64,000 nucleotides of DNA. Source: Minisyncoccota bacterium (GTDB taxonomy: Bacteria > Patescibacteriota > Minisyncoccia > Phycocordibacterales > GWA1-40-21). The translations under genes and the position numbers were made by a program. This document shows positions 1 to 10,487 of this stretch, piece after piece. Numbering within the stretch: position 1 is the first letter of the stretch; each line of letters starts with the position of its first letter. The notes beneath the pieces are model-generated. The model was not told the origin of the DNA, searched no databases, and saw nothing but the letters and a program-made list of their open reading frames with translations. Where the stretch lies: assembly GCA_041664585.1 (NCBI GenBank), contig JBAYKL010000003.1, positions 49,074-113,073 of the forward strand, in the 5' to 3' direction.

Positions 1-357
1 CAATTATCTTTCTGTGATTATACGGATAGCGAACCAAATGGATGGTGTGCTGGTGTGTTGGATCATAGTATGAGTTTAAACAGCTGGCATTTTGTGGTTG
101 GAGTATTCCGTTCTGACTCCATTGAAGTATATATAGATGGTGTTTCTATTGGAAGTGGAGTAAAGGCTGGATTAACAACTAGACAAGCAGGTGCTGACCC
201 AGTTAACCTCACTATTGGTGGTAGATCAGTAGATACATATATTCAAAGATGGAGCGGTTTGATAGACGAAGTCGCTATTTGGGATCGTCCTATTTCTCCT
301 GTTGAAATTACCACTCTTTACAACGGTGGTGCTGGTATGAGTATAATTACACCTTAA
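1..357 (+). CDS. 3' fragment of a LamG/concanavalin-like lectin-fold domain protein (5' end outside window)
   Basis: Frame 1 is open from base 1 to TAA at 355-357. The residues VNLTIGG...LIDEVAIWDRPISPVEITTLYNGG resemble the C-terminal strands of laminin-G/concanavalin jelly-roll domains. Confidence 0.4.
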   Translation, partial: QLSFCDYTDSEPNGWCAGVLDHSMSLNSWHFVVGVFRSDSIEVYIDGVSIGSGVKAGLTTRQAGADPVNLTIGGRSVDTYIQRWSGLIDEVAIWDRPISPVEITTLYNGGAGMSIITP

Positions 358-363
358 ATCTAA

Positions 364-390
364 AAACGAGCATAATCTGCTCGTTTTTTA
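364..390 (+). terminator. rho-independent terminator after upstream CDS
   Basis: Hairpin acgagca-taatc-tgctcgt followed by a TTTTTT tract. Confidence 0.6.
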
Positions 391-566
391 ATTATTTGCA
401 TTTTTTCCTATTTTGTTATACTCTATCTCTAACAAAAGCTACTTGGCTGTACGCTTTAGTTTCTGAAAGGATGGCCTTTCTACGAGTTGAATATTTAAAC
501 GAGTTGCAGAGAATTTAGCAGAAATGCGGTTCGCTGTGATTTTTATTATTAATTAAGTTTTAAAAA

Positions 567-983
567 ATGCCTACAATAAATCAGCTAATAAGAAAGAACA
601 GAAAGACAGCGCCTAAAAAACCAAAGGCGATTGCTCTTATGCGTGGTTTCAATACATTGGAAAATAGACCAACAAAAAGTCTTTCTCCATTTAAGAGAGG
701 TGTTTGTACAAAAGTTACAACCAAAACTCCGAAGAAACCAAACTCAGCTATCAGAAAAATCGCAAGGGTTAGACTTACAAACGGTATGGAGGTCACTGCC
801 TACATTCCAGGTATGGGTCACAACTTGCAAGAACACTCAGTTGTTCTATTAAGAGGAGGTAAAGTAAAAGACGTTGGTGTTAGATATACTGTCGTAAGAG
901 GTGTACTTGACGCCGGTGGAGTAGAAGGAAGAAGAAAGGGTCGTAGCCAATATGGTGCAAAAAGACCAAAAGCAGCTAAATAA
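567..983 (+). CDS. rpsL: 30S ribosomal protein S12
   Basis: N-terminus [10 protein letters not shown] and the PKKPNSA(I/L)RK...LRGG S12 signature; first gene of the str operon. Confidence 0.95.
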   Translation: MPTINQLIRKNRKTAPKKPKAIALMRGFNTLENRPTKSLSPFKRGVCTKVTTKTPKKPNSAIRKIARVRLTNGMEVTAYIPGMGHNLQEHSVVLLRGGKVKDVGVRYTVVRGVLDAGGVEGRRKGRSQYGAKRPKAAK

Positions 984-993
984 TTAAACTATC

Positions 994-1464
994 ATGAGAA
1001 GAAAACTAAAAACAAAGAAAGCTCTTGCACCTGACTACAAATATAATTCAGAAAAAGTTACAAAGCTCATCAATTATATGATGTACAGTGGAAAGAAATC
1101 AGTTTCAGAAAGAAACATTTACAACTGTTTTGATATTATAATTGAAAAAGCAAAAGTAAAAGATCCTTTGGCTCTTTTTGAACTTGCTCTTTCAAACACA
1201 GCTCCAAACATGGAGGTAAAATCTAAGAGAGTTGGTGGTGCAAACTATCAAGTCCCTATGGAAGTCCGCCCATCAAGAAGATCAGCGCTTTCTATGAAAT
1301 GGATTATAGAAGCAGCTAGAAGTAAAAAAGGTTCAACTATAGCAGAGAGACTCGCAGATGAAATAATCGCAGCATCTAAGAATGAGGGTGAAGCAGTAAA
1401 GAAGAGAGAGAACACTCATAAGATGGCTGAAGCAAACAAAGCTTTTGCTCACTTCGCTTGGTAA
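994..1464 (+). CDS. rpsG: 30S ribosomal protein S7
   Basis: 156 aa, MRRK...YKYNSE N-terminus typical of S7; sits between rpsL and fusA. Confidence 0.9.
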   Translation: MRRKLKTKKALAPDYKYNSEKVTKLINYMMYSGKKSVSERNIYNCFDIIIEKAKVKDPLALFELALSNTAPNMEVKSKRVGGANYQVPMEVRPSRRSALSMKWIIEAARSKKGSTIAERLADEIIAASKNEGEAVKKRENTHKMAEANKAFAHFAW

Positions 1465-1497
1465 GAAAATTTTACAAAATAATTTATTAAATTAAAA

Positions 1498-3663
1498 ATG
1501 AAAAGAGATTATCCATTAGATAAAGTAAGAAATTTCGGAATCATTGCTCACATCGATGCTGGTAAGACAACTGTGTCTGAAAGAATTTTGTATTACACAG
1601 GTGTAAACCACAAGATTGGTGAGGTTCATGAAGGAGAAACAACTACAGACTGGATGGAACAGGAGAGAGAAAGAGGTATCACTATCTGTTCTGCTGCTGT
1701 TACATGTTTTTGGAATCCAACATATATGCCTAAGGAAGACTTAAGCAAAAAGGTTAGATTTAACATCATTGATACTCCTGGACACATCGACTTTACTGCA
1801 GAGGTTAAGCGTTCTTTAAGAGTGCTTGACGGTGCTGTCGTTGTATTTGATGGAGTTGCTGGTGTTGAACCACAATCAGAAACAAACTGGAGATATGCTG
1901 ATGAAGGTAAGGTTCCAAGACTTTGTTTTATAAACAAACTAGACAGAATGGGAGGATCTTTTGAAAGATCATACCAGTCTATTCTTGAAAGACTTACAAA
2001 AAATGCTGTAAGAATGCAACTTCCTATTGGTACAGAATCTGATTTTTCAGGAGTTGTTGATCTTATGAAGATGAAAGCATATTCTACAGAAGGTGCCATG
2101 GGAGAGACAATAACAGAATCAGAAATCCCAGCAGATATGTTAGAAGATGCAAAGAAATACAGAGCTGAGCTTGTAGAAAAGATTGTCGAAAATGATGAAA
2201 AACTCATGTCTGACTATCTCGAAGGAAAAGAAATTTCTCTTGAAGATTTGAAAAAGACTTTGAGAAAAGCAACTATCTCAAACGATATCGTTCCTGTATT
2301 TACTGGGTCTGCTTTGAAGAACAAAGGAGTTCAACTTATGCTTGATGGAGTTGTAGATTATCTACCATCTCCTCTTGATATTCCACCAGTCACAGGTATC
2401 GATCCAAGAACAGGAGCTGAAGTGCTAAGACATGCTTCTGATGAAGAACCTTTTACAGCTCTTGCTTTTAAATTACAAAACGACCCATTCGTAGGTCAGC
2501 TTACATATTTCAGAGTTTACTCTGGATCTATTAAAGCTGGTACATATCTTTATAACTCTACAACTGGAGAAAAAGAGAGACTAGGAAGAATCGTGAGAAT
2601 GCACGCAAATGACAGAGAAGATGTAGATGAGGTTATGGCTGGAGAAATTGCAGCTGCCGTCGGTCTTAAGGGTGCAAAGACTTCACACACTTTCTGTGAT
2701 GAAGCTAATCCAATATTACTTGATCAAATCGTATTCCCAGAACCAGTTATTACTTTGAGAATTGAACCAAAGACAAAAGCGGACCAAGAAAAAATGGGAT
2801 TTGCTTTGAAGAAACTTTCTGATGAAGATCCAACATTTAAAATCAAAACTGATTCAGAAACAGGAGAAACTGTTATGGCAGGTATGGGAGAGCTTCACCT
2901 TGAAATTCTTGTAGACAGAATGAAGAGAGAATTCGGAGTTGAAGCAAATGTCGGTAAACCACAGGTTGCTTATAAAGAAACAATTCTTGGTGAAGCTGAG
3001 AGAGAAGAGAAGTATGTTAAACAGTCTGGAGGTAAAGGCCAATACGGTCACGTTGTTATAAACATCAAACCTATGAAGCCTCTTGAGGAAGGAGCAAAAA
3101 TTCCTAAGAACGTAAAGAGAGATGACAACTTTGAATTCATCGATTCTATCAAGGGAGGTGCTATTCCACAAGAATTTATTCCTGCTGTTGAAAAAGGTGT
3201 TCGTGAAGCTATGGATAGGGGTATTCTTGCAGGATATAAACTTGTAAATGTATCTTGTGAACTTACATTCGGTTCATATCACGATGTTGACTCTTCTGAA
3301 ATTGCATATAAGATTGCCGCTTCTATGGCTTTCCAAGATGCAGCTAAGAGAGCAAAACCTGTTATCATGGAACCTATTATGAAAGTTGAAGTCGTTACAC
3401 CAGAGAAATTCATGGGAGATGTATCTGGAAGCGTCAACTCAAGAAGAGGTCAAATAACTGAGATGTTTGATAGAGGAATGAATAAAGTTATTCATGCTAA
3501 AGTACCTCTTTCTGAAATGTTCGGTTACGTTACAACTTTGAGGTCTATGTCAGAAGGAAGAGCTTCATCTACTATGGAATTCGACCACTACGATGTTGTT
3601 CCACCAAACGTTGCGAAAACTATTATTGAAGCTAGAGGAGCAGGTCCCGCAGCTTTGAAATAA
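1498..3663 (+). CDS. fusA: elongation factor G
   Basis: 721 aa; G-domain motifs [18 protein letters not shown]; classic position after rpsG. Confidence 0.95.
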   Translation: MKRDYPLDKVRNFGIIAHIDAGKTTVSERILYYTGVNHKIGEVHEGETTTDWMEQERERGITICSAAVTCFWNPTYMPKEDLSKKVRFNIIDTPGHIDFTAEVKRSLRVLDGAVVVFDGVAGVEPQSETNWRYADEGKVPRLCFINKLDRMGGSFERSYQSILERLTKNAVRMQLPIGTESDFSGVVDLMKMKAYSTEGAMGETITESEIPADMLEDAKKYRAELVEKIVENDEKLMSDYLEGKEISLEDLKKTLRKATISNDIVPVFTGSALKNKGVQLMLDGVVDYLPSPLDIPPVTGIDPRTGAEVLRHASDEEPFTALAFKLQNDPFVGQLTYFRVYSGSIKAGTYLYNSTTGEKERLGRIVRMHANDREDVDEVMAGEIAAAVGLKGAKTSHTFCDEANPILLDQIVFPEPVITLRIEPKTKADQEKMGFALKKLSDEDPTFKIKTDSETGETVMAGMGELHLEILVDRMKREFGVEANVGKPQVAYKETILGEAEREEKYVKQSGGKGQYGHVVINIKPMKPLEEGAKIPKNVKRDDNFEFIDSIKGGAIPQEFIPAVEKGVREAMDRGILAGYKLVNVSCELTFGSYHDVDSSEIAYKIAASMAFQDAAKRAKPVIMEPIMKVEVVTPEKFMGDVSGSVNSRRGQITEMFDRGMNKVIHAKVPLSEMFGYVTTLRSMSEGRASSTMEFDHYDVVPPNVAKTIIEARGAGPAALK

Positions 3664-3679
3664 GGAATTAAAAAATAAC

Positions 3680-3712
3680 AAAAAGAGATGGTTTTTAAAC
3701 CATCTCTTTTTG
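3680..3712 (+). terminator. rho-independent terminator after fusA
   Basis: aaaaagagatgg-tttttaaa-ccatctcttttt hairpin plus T tract. Confidence 0.65.
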
Positions 3713-3774
3713 TTTATATACAAATAAACCATGTATTGATATAATATTCGTATTATTAATTTTATTATTTTTCT

Positions 3775-6756
3775 ATGAAAAAAATTCTCTCTTTATTAAT
3801 TCTTTCTCTTATTATATTTCTTGGTATGCAGGTCCATGCTGCGCCAACTCTTGAAGAGATGGAAGAAATGTTTTCGGGATCTAAAGGGGTAGGTGTAGAT
3901 TGTTTTGATTATTACAAATTCCAAAGCGTTCAAGTAAACGTTGGACCAAACAAAAGTGCTTTCACTGCGGGGGAGGATGTAGATTTTTCTGGAAAGATTG
4001 AGAATGAAAATAGGTACCCAGTATTTAATGGATATTTATATGTAAGGATAGCAGAGAAGAACCCTGCGTATATTCATGAGGGTCATAATATTGTAGATGA
4101 GTTTATTGCTCTCGGGCCAATTTCAGTTGACGCATCTTCTTCTGCTCCAGTTTCTTTTTCTTGGAAGATACCAGAAAATCTAAAGTCTGGTGAATATACA
4201 GCGAATTATTTCTTTTCTGTGAATAAAAAGATGAACCTGGGTGGTCTTCCTTTTACTAACGAAATCATTGTGGGTTTTGCGGATTTCTCAATCGCTTCTA
4301 CAAAGACAGGTAATGTTTCTTTTGTAAAAAGTTCCACAAAAGTAAATGAAGCCAAATACAATCACATCGGTAACTGGCCCCTTATTTCTCCAGATGGCAA
4401 AGCTGTTGTGTCACAAGTAATTCAAAATACATTAAAGCAAGATATAAATACAGAAATTTCATATAATTTATATTATTGGGATAGCCTTGATCCTAAAGAT
4501 CTAATCTCTACAAAAAAAGAAAGTCTTACTCTAAAAGCAGGGGAAAGTAAAACTCTTACATATGAAATATCTAAGGTTGAACTCAGCGCGTATTATTTAC
4601 AAATAGTAGCCAAGAATGAAAATGGTACGAAATCTATTGTAAATATGAGAATTACGTCTGATATAGCCAAACCAAGAATTAACTATTTTGGATTAGATAA
4701 TTTTCCTATACAAAAAGGTGCCACAACCACGCTATATTCTTGTTTCCATAATACATCAAACATTTCTGCTTCTGGAACCACGGTGCTTATAGCAAAAGAC
4801 AAAGTAGGCAGAGAGATCTCAAGAGTGGAATACTCAGGAGTTATTCCTTCTGCTATCTCCGCACAAAAAACAGAGTTTATTGCTAATTCAAAATTGGATT
4901 ATATAAAACTTGAACAGAAAATTTATGATGACCAAAAAAATCTTTTAGATACTCAAGAGATTATCTATGATGTCTCTCTTATTAAAGAGCCGGAGATAAA
5001 AGCTGAACCAGTTAATCCCGTAGTAGCTTATGCGTTACTCGGACTCATAGTTTTTGGTTTCTTGCTATTTTTTGTAAAACCAATAAGAAAGAATAAGAAT
5101 TTGTGTTTAGTTATTTCTCTTGTAATTATTTCTTTAGCGGGTGCACTTCTTGTTTTGTTTATGCAAGCTAGACCGGTGAAAGCGCAATCAACGATAGAGA
5201 ATTTTCAGAAATCGCAGAGCGGGGTGGTAGAAAAAGTTTTTGGTGTCGGTTTTAATGGCAAACACGTAAACAATGTTTTTTATGGTTCCGTTAGTTATAC
5301 TTACAAAATAGACACAACCGCCTCTTCACCGATTGTTAGGAAGGGGGATAAAATTAGCTTCTCTTACTCATCACTGGGTTTCTTTAACGCAACTGGAGGG
5401 GGTTGGGATTCACCATATTTAGGAGAAAAATTTGTTCATAATTCTGGTTTGATTTCTAGTTTAGAGGCTGCAAAATGGATACCTGATGTAAGGATTGGAG
5501 AATTTAGAGGTTCTTTAAAGGACACATCCTGTGTTGGTACTCCAGTAGAAGGATGTATCGGTGGGGCACTTGGTCCAGACGGTAAGACCAATCAAACGTA
5601 CAAGGGCTATAATCCTGGACCTGGAGATTCAAGGCCTGGTTATAAAAAAGAAGTTGATATACCACAGCCGGATGTTACAAAATCAAGTGATGATAAAATT
5701 ATGAAATGTGATTCTTCTGGTTGTACAGCACTTTGTCCTGGTACCGTTATATTGACCACATCAATTAAACCATCAGAGGTTATCCTTGGGTATCAATATC
5801 CTTTCCCGATGTCTCTTTATAAGAGTGATCGCTCCGGCTTCAGAGACAGTATCCCTTTTGAAGGGTTTACGGCTAAATGGGTATTTAGAGTAACTGGTCC
5901 TAGTTGTGGGGGCGGTGGTAGTAGAGGGACTGGAGATATCAAAATGTGGGCAGATCCTTCTATTGTTGAATCTGGAGGCGAATCTATTATTAATTGGGAA
6001 ACCACAAATATGAGTTCCTGTCAGGCTGTTGGAGGATGGAGTTCATCGACAGCGATAGCTGGTGAGGAAAAGATGGAGAACATTATTGAGGGGAAAACCT
6101 TTGAAATATCTTGCAGTGGTATCAATGGTACCAAGTACGCTTCAACATCTGTTGGCCTTAGTTTAAAAAAACCTACAGTTCAGCTTTATGCCAACCCACA
6201 GTCTGTTGATCCTGACGGTAAGTCAGTTATCTCTTGGATTTCTGTAAACGCCCAATCTTGTCATGCTATACCAGTTATTGTTGGTACAAAAGAAACTTTT
6301 TGGACCAATTCCACGTCAACTTCCGGTTCTAAAGAGGTTTCTTTGGATAAAGTTGCAAAAACTTTCTCTATTTCTTGTGAGGGTAAGAATGGGATAAGTT
6401 ATTCTACAACCACGATAAATATTTTAAATCCAAAGGAGACAACGGAGGTTGTAACTGCCGCGTGTGTTCCCGAACAGAATTCCTCAAGTAAGATATATAT
6501 AAATAAACAAATGACTTGGAATGTCGTACCAGACGATGTTGACGTAGACTTGCCTTCTGCGAGCACGACATGGAGCGGAACGAACGTGTCAGAGACAGAA
6601 AGGGTTGGGGTGTCTTTAGATAAGATATATACTACTGTGGGCTTAAAGACTATAAATGCGACCACCACGTGGAAGACTGGTTCGACAAATTATATTACAA
6701 CCTGTTCAACTTCTACAAATGTAATGCTTGGAGGGGGGAGTATTAATGAGATATAG
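3775..6756 (+). CDS. large (993 aa) cell-surface protein: signal peptide, central double-TM hairpin, C-terminal Gly/Ser/Thr-rich region with tandem Cys-pair repeats
   Basis: N-terminal signal MKKILSLLILSLIIFLGMQVHA. Two hydrophobic helices near aa 410-465. Two roughly 90-aa tandem repeats (…SSCQAVGGW…EISCSGINGTKYASTS / …AQSCHAIPV…SISCEGKNGISYSTTT). Flanked by terminators on both sides. Confidence 0.6.
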   Translation: MKKILSLLILSLIIFLGMQVHAAPTLEEMEEMFSGSKGVGVDCFDYYKFQSVQVNVGPNKSAFTAGEDVDFSGKIENENRYPVFNGYLYVRIAEKNPAYIHEGHNIVDEFIALGPISVDASSSAPVSFSWKIPENLKSGEYTANYFFSVNKKMNLGGLPFTNEIIVGFADFSIASTKTGNVSFVKSSTKVNEAKYNHIGNWPLISPDGKAVVSQVIQNTLKQDINTEISYNLYYWDSLDPKDLISTKKESLTLKAGESKTLTYEISKVELSAYYLQIVAKNENGTKSIVNMRITSDIAKPRINYFGLDNFPIQKGATTTLYSCFHNTSNISASGTTVLIAKDKVGREISRVEYSGVIPSAISAQKTEFIANSKLDYIKLEQKIYDDQKNLLDTQEIIYDVSLIKEPEIKAEPVNPVVAYALLGLIVFGFLLFFVKPIRKNKNLCLVISLVIISLAGALLVLFMQARPVKAQSTIENFQKSQSGVVEKVFGVGFNGKHVNNVFYGSVSYTYKIDTTASSPIVRKGDKISFSYSSLGFFNATGGGWDSPYLGEKFVHNSGLISSLEAAKWIPDVRIGEFRGSLKDTSCVGTPVEGCIGGALGPDGKTNQTYKGYNPGPGDSRPGYKKEVDIPQPDVTKSSDDKIMKCDSSGCTALCPGTVILTTSIKPSEVILGYQYPFPMSLYKSDRSGFRDSIPFEGFTAKWVFRVTGPSCGGGGSRGTGDIKMWADPSIVESGGESIINWETTNMSSCQAVGGWSSSTAIAGEEKMENIIEGKTFEISCSGINGTKYASTSVGLSLKKPTVQLYANPQSVDPDGKSVISWISVNAQSCHAIPVIVGTKETFWTNSTSTSGSKEVSLDKVAKTFSISCEGKNGISYSTTTINILNPKETTEVVTAACVPEQNSSSKIYINKQMTWNVVPDDVDVDLPSASTTWSGTNVSETERVGVSLDKIYTTVGLKTINATTTWKTGSTNYITTCSTSTNVMLGGGSINEI

Positions 6757-6774
6757 TTGTTTATAAAAATACAC

Positions 6775-6809
6775 AAAAAGAGACGGTAGTAATGCCGTCT
6801 CTTTTTGTG
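6775..6809 (+). terminator. rho-independent terminator
   Basis: aaaaagagacgg-tagtaa-tgccgtctcttttt hairpin plus T tract. Confidence 0.65.
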
Positions 6810-6819
6810 TATTTTGTGA

Positions 6820-6848
6820 TTGACTTATCTTTTTTCTTTTGCTATTAT
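6820..6848 (+). promoter_or_regulatory. sigma70-like promoter for tuf (TTGACT-17-TATTAT)
   Basis: Near-consensus -35 TTGACT at 6820-6825, a 17-nt spacer and -10 TATTAT at 6843-6848, about 190 nt upstream of the tuf ATG. Confidence 0.45.
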
Positions 6849-7045
6849 TTCGTCTACGCGTTTTATGCGCTTTTTTAGTTGCCACTAGATTTTCTTATGG
6901 CAAAAGTGGTGCATTCAAGGTGTAAATTTATAAGTTTCTCAGTTCGCTGAAAAGCGAATGATGGGAGTTAATTTTTTAGCTGGTTTTATGGGCAGAGTAG
7001 ACGTTCTCGCGCACTCCGCTTTAAAAATCAGCAACAATAAAAAAT

Positions 7046-8251
7046 ATGGCACAAGAATTTGAAAGATCAAAGCCACACGTAAACGTGGGTACCATTGGTC
7101 ACATTGACCACGGTAAGACAACATTGACTGCAGCTATTACTTACGTGCAGTCTCTTAAGGGTTTAGCAAATCACATCGCTTATGATCAGGTTGCGAAAGC
7201 GTCTGAAAAAGACGGTAGAAGAGATTCAACAAAAATCATCACTATCGCTATTTCTCACGTTGAGTACTCATCAGATGCAAGACACTATGCGCACGTCGAC
7301 TGTCCTGGACACGCTGACTACGTAAAGAACATGATTACTGGTGCTGCCCAAATGGACGGTGCTATCCTTGTTGTGTCAGCTGTTGATGGCCCTATGCCTC
7401 AGACAAAAGAACACGTTCTCTTAGCTCGCCAGGTTGGTGTGCCAAAGATCGTTGTCTTCTTAAACAAGTGTGACCTTGTTGATGATGCAGACCTATTGGA
7501 CCTAGTTGAAGTAGAAATCAGAGAGCTTTTGACTAAATACAACTTTGATGGAGATAATGCTCCTATCATAAGAGGTTCAGCTACAGGCGCTCTTGCTTGT
7601 AAGACAGCAGATGAACCAGGTGCAAAGTGTATAGCAGATCTTTTGACAGCATTAGATACATATATCCCTATGCCTGTTAGAGACGTAGATAAGCCATTCC
7701 TTATGCCAATCGAAGACATTTTCTCAATCGAAGGAAGAGGAACTGTTGTTACAGGTAGAATCGAAAGAGGAACTGTAAAAGTTGGTGAAGAAGTTGAAAT
7801 CGTTGGTATTAGACCAACAGCAAAATCAACAGTTACTGGTATTGAAATGTTTAATAAACAACTTCAAGACGGAAGAGCTGGAGATAACGCTGGTATCTTG
7901 CTTAGAGGTACAAAGAAAGAAGACGTCACAAGAGGTCAGGTTCTTTGTAAGACAGGTACAACAACTCCACATACAGAATTTGAGGCTGAAGTTTATATTT
8001 TGAAGAAAGAGGAAGGTGGTAGACACACTCCATTCTTCTCAGGTTATAAGCCACAATTCTACATCAGAACAACAGACGTTACTGGAGATGTTACATTAGC
8101 TCCAGGAGTTGAAATGGTTATGCCAGGAGATACAGTTACTTTCAAAGTTAAATTGGTAAACCCAGTTGCTCTTGAAGATAAGATGAGACTTGCTATCAGA
8201 GAAGGTGGTAAGACTGTAGGTTCTGGAGTTATCACAAAGATAGTTGCCTAA
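7046..8251 (+). CDS. tuf: elongation factor Tu
   Basis: 401 aa; [27 protein letters not shown] motifs; the switch-I region carries a short insertion relative to E. coli. Confidence 0.95.
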   Translation: MAQEFERSKPHVNVGTIGHIDHGKTTLTAAITYVQSLKGLANHIAYDQVAKASEKDGRRDSTKIITIAISHVEYSSDARHYAHVDCPGHADYVKNMITGAAQMDGAILVVSAVDGPMPQTKEHVLLARQVGVPKIVVFLNKCDLVDDADLLDLVEVEIRELLTKYNFDGDNAPIIRGSATGALACKTADEPGAKCIADLLTALDTYIPMPVRDVDKPFLMPIEDIFSIEGRGTVVTGRIERGTVKVGEEVEIVGIRPTAKSTVTGIEMFNKQLQDGRAGDNAGILLRGTKKEDVTRGQVLCKTGTTTPHTEFEAEVYILKKEEGGRHTPFFSGYKPQFYIRTTDVTGDVTLAPGVEMVMPGDTVTFKVKLVNPVALEDKMRLAIREGGKTVGSGVITKIVA

Positions 8252-8397
8252 CAAGTTTTAGTTTAAGGATATAATATTTTATATCAAAAACTAATAACTG
8301 AAATCTAAATATGACTGCAACAAAAACAACAAAAAAGAATACAAGTACATTAAAATCAAAAGTTTCAAAAAAGTCTGTAAAGGAGGATGCTGTTCCT

Positions 8398-8697
8398 ATG
8401 CTAAGAATTAGAGTAAGAGCATATGATAGCAAAGTTCTTGACGCTTCAGTCAAACAGATTATTGAAACAGCCATGAGACACGATGTTAAAGTCGTTGGTC
8501 CTGTGCCTTTGCCAACAGAAATCAAGAAATATACTGTCAACAGAGCATCATTCGTCTACAAAAATGCGCGAGAACAATTTGAGATGAGGATACACAGAAG
8601 ATTGATAGATATTATTGGTCCTTCAGCTAAGGTAGTAGAGGCGCTCACAAACTTGAGCTTGCCTTCAGGTGTGAATATTGATGTGAAGATGGTTTAA
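8398..8697 (+). CDS. rpsJ: 30S ribosomal protein S10
   Basis: MLRIRVRAYD...GPVPLPT...RLIDI S10 signature. ATG at 8398 is preceded by AAGGAGGA 11 nt upstream. The in-frame ORF from 8311 adds a Lys-rich extension without a ribosome-binding site and is considered untranslated. Confidence 0.85.
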   Translation: MLRIRVRAYDSKVLDASVKQIIETAMRHDVKVVGPVPLPTEIKKYTVNRASFVYKNAREQFEMRIHRRLIDIIGPSAKVVEALTNLSLPSGVNIDVKMV

Positions 8698-8824
8698 GGA
8701 TTAAAATTAATAGACGCATCGCGATATTATCTTTGATAAGTACAAACATCTTCTTAATTTATTTAAGAAGGTGTTTGGCTTTTAGGGGTAATTGAAAAAC
8801 GCGCTCTGCATTAATAACGCTGAA

Positions 8825-9430
8825 ATGAAATTTATACTAGGAATAAAACAGAATATGACCCAGATCTTTGATGAGAAGGGAAATGTACAGCCTGCGACAA
8901 TATTGTCGGCTGGACCTCTTTTTGTAACTCAAATAAAAGACAAGAATATAGATGGGTATTCTGCCGTGCAAGTCGGTTTTGGTACTAAAAAAGAAAAGAA
9001 TATAAATAAGCCAGAAGCTGGGCACTTAAATGGTGTTAATGCTAGATTCTTGAAAGAATTTAGATTAGACGATACTTCTGCTTTTAAAGTTGGCGACAAA
9101 TTAGATTTATCTGTTTTGTCAGTTGGCGATTGCGTAGAAGTTTCTGGAATCACAAAAGGTAAAGGATATCAGAGTGTTATCAAAAGACATGGTTTCAAGG
9201 GTCAACCAAGAAGTCATGGTCAAAAGCACTGCGAAAATGCTCCAGGTTCTATCGGAGGAGGTCTTAGAAATAGAGTTCCAAAGAATATGAGAATGGCAGG
9301 CAGAATGGGTGCTGACAGAGTAACAATAAAGAACCTTAAAGTCCTTGGAGTCGACCAAGAGAATAATCAGATTTTAATAAGTGGTGCTATCCCTGGAAAG
9401 AGAGGTACTCTTATTGAAGTACGTGGTTAA
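8825..9430 (+). CDS. rplC: 50S ribosomal protein L3
   Basis: MKFILGIKQNMTQIF matches the L3 N-terminus (MKGLIGKKxGMTQ). The longer ORF from 8792 (TTG) is rejected. Confidence 0.85.
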   Translation: MKFILGIKQNMTQIFDEKGNVQPATILSAGPLFVTQIKDKNIDGYSAVQVGFGTKKEKNINKPEAGHLNGVNARFLKEFRLDDTSAFKVGDKLDLSVLSVGDCVEVSGITKGKGYQSVIKRHGFKGQPRSHGQKHCENAPGSIGGGLRNRVPKNMRMAGRMGADRVTIKNLKVLGVDQENNQILISGAIPGKRGTLIEVRG

Positions 9431-9447
9431 TTTTAAATACTACTATT

Positions 9448-10188
9448 ATGGAAAAGAAAATTAAAACAGAAAAGAAAGTTTCAAAGAAAGCCGTAAAGAA
9501 AGTGGTTGTTCAAGGCGATGCTATAAATGCAAAAGTTTATAGTCAAAAAGGTTCTGCTGTATCTGATATACAATTACCAGCGAATATTTTTGGACTTAAT
9601 TGGAATGCAGACCTTGTACACCAAGTTGTTGTTTCAATGCTTTCAGACTCAAGAGTTATTCACGCTCACACACAAGACAGAGGTGAAGTAAGAGGGGGAG
9701 GTAAGAAACCTTGGAGACAAAAAGGTACAGGTAGAGCAAGACACGGTTCATCAAGATCACCTATTTGGGTTGGTGGAGGTATTGCTCATGGTCCAAACGG
9801 ATTAAAGAACTATGGAAGAAAGATCAACAAGAAGATGAAAGCAAAAGCACTTTTCACTATTCTTTCAAAGAAATTTAGAGATAATGAAATAGTTTTTGTA
9901 GACAGATTCGAAATTGAGAAACCAAAAACAACAGAAGCTATTGCTATTCTTAAGAACCTAAGCAAAGTAGCAAAAACTATTCTTACAAAAAAGAATAATA
10001 GCGCTATCCTTGCAACAGCAAGCAAGAACCCTGTGTTTGAAAAGAGTTTCGCAAACCTAGGAAATATTACTGTAGATGAATTGAGAAATATCAATCCTGT
10101 AGATTTGATGAACATAAAATATTTGGTTATCGAAAATCCAGAAGAGTCGATCAAATTTATTGAAAATAAAATGGCTAAAGCTAAATAA
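9448..10188 (+). CDS. rplD: 50S ribosomal protein L4
   Basis: RGGGKKPWRQKGTGRAR...GGG.AHGP L4 signature. Confidence 0.9.
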   Translation: MEKKIKTEKKVSKKAVKKVVVQGDAINAKVYSQKGSAVSDIQLPANIFGLNWNADLVHQVVVSMLSDSRVIHAHTQDRGEVRGGGKKPWRQKGTGRARHGSSRSPIWVGGGIAHGPNGLKNYGRKINKKMKAKALFTILSKKFRDNEIVFVDRFEIEKPKTTEAIAILKNLSKVAKTILTKKNNSAILATASKNPVFEKSFANLGNITVDELRNINPVDLMNIKYLVIENPEESIKFIENKMAKAK

Positions 10189-10189
10189 T

Positions 10190-10477
10190 ATGAATAATAC
10201 AGATTATAAGGCTATTATAAAAAAGCCAAGAATAACAGAGAAATCAGGTATAAAATCAGAATCAGAAAATGTTTATACTTTTGAAGTAGCTTCTAAGGCA
10301 ACAAAAATAAGCGTTGCAAAAGCTGTCAGAGAAATTTACAAAGTAAATCCAGTAAAAGTAAACATTGTAAATCTTCCATCAAAGAAAACTTTTTCAAGAG
10401 GAAAGATGGGAACTAAATCAGGAGTCAAAAAAGCGGTCGTCTTTTTGAAGAAGGGGGAGAAAATAGCATTTATATAA
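10190..10477 (+). CDS. rplW: 50S ribosomal protein L23
   Basis: ATG at 10190 two nt after the rplD stop; YKAIIKKPRITEKS and KVNIVN typical of L23. The TTG start at 10160 is rejected. Confidence 0.85.
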   Translation: MNNTDYKAIIKKPRITEKSGIKSESENVYTFEVASKATKISVAKAVREIYKVNPVKVNIVNLPSKKTFSRGKMGTKSGVKKAVVFLKKGEKIAFI

Positions 10478-10487
10478 TTATACTCAC

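Noticed and set aside
1626-2207. Antisense ORFs inside fusA, and similarly 33867-34250 in recG, 47658-48101 in pilT, 31012-31419 in ftsH, 581-796 in rpsL
   Set aside because: They overlap strongly supported conserved genes on the opposite strand, and have low-complexity composition typical of antisense frames in AT-rich DNA.
8311-8397. Lys-rich N-terminal extension of S10 (ORF start at 8311)
   Set aside because: A consensus Shine-Dalgarno AAGGAGGA sits 11 nt before the internal ATG at 8398, which gives the canonical S10 N-terminus; the extension is probably untranslated leader.
8792-8824. TTG-initiated extension of L3 and TTG-initiated extension of L23 (10160)
   Set aside because: The canonical N-termini (MKFILGIKQNMTQ, MNNTDYKAII) begin at internal ATGs, and the extensions would overlap upstream genes or terminators.
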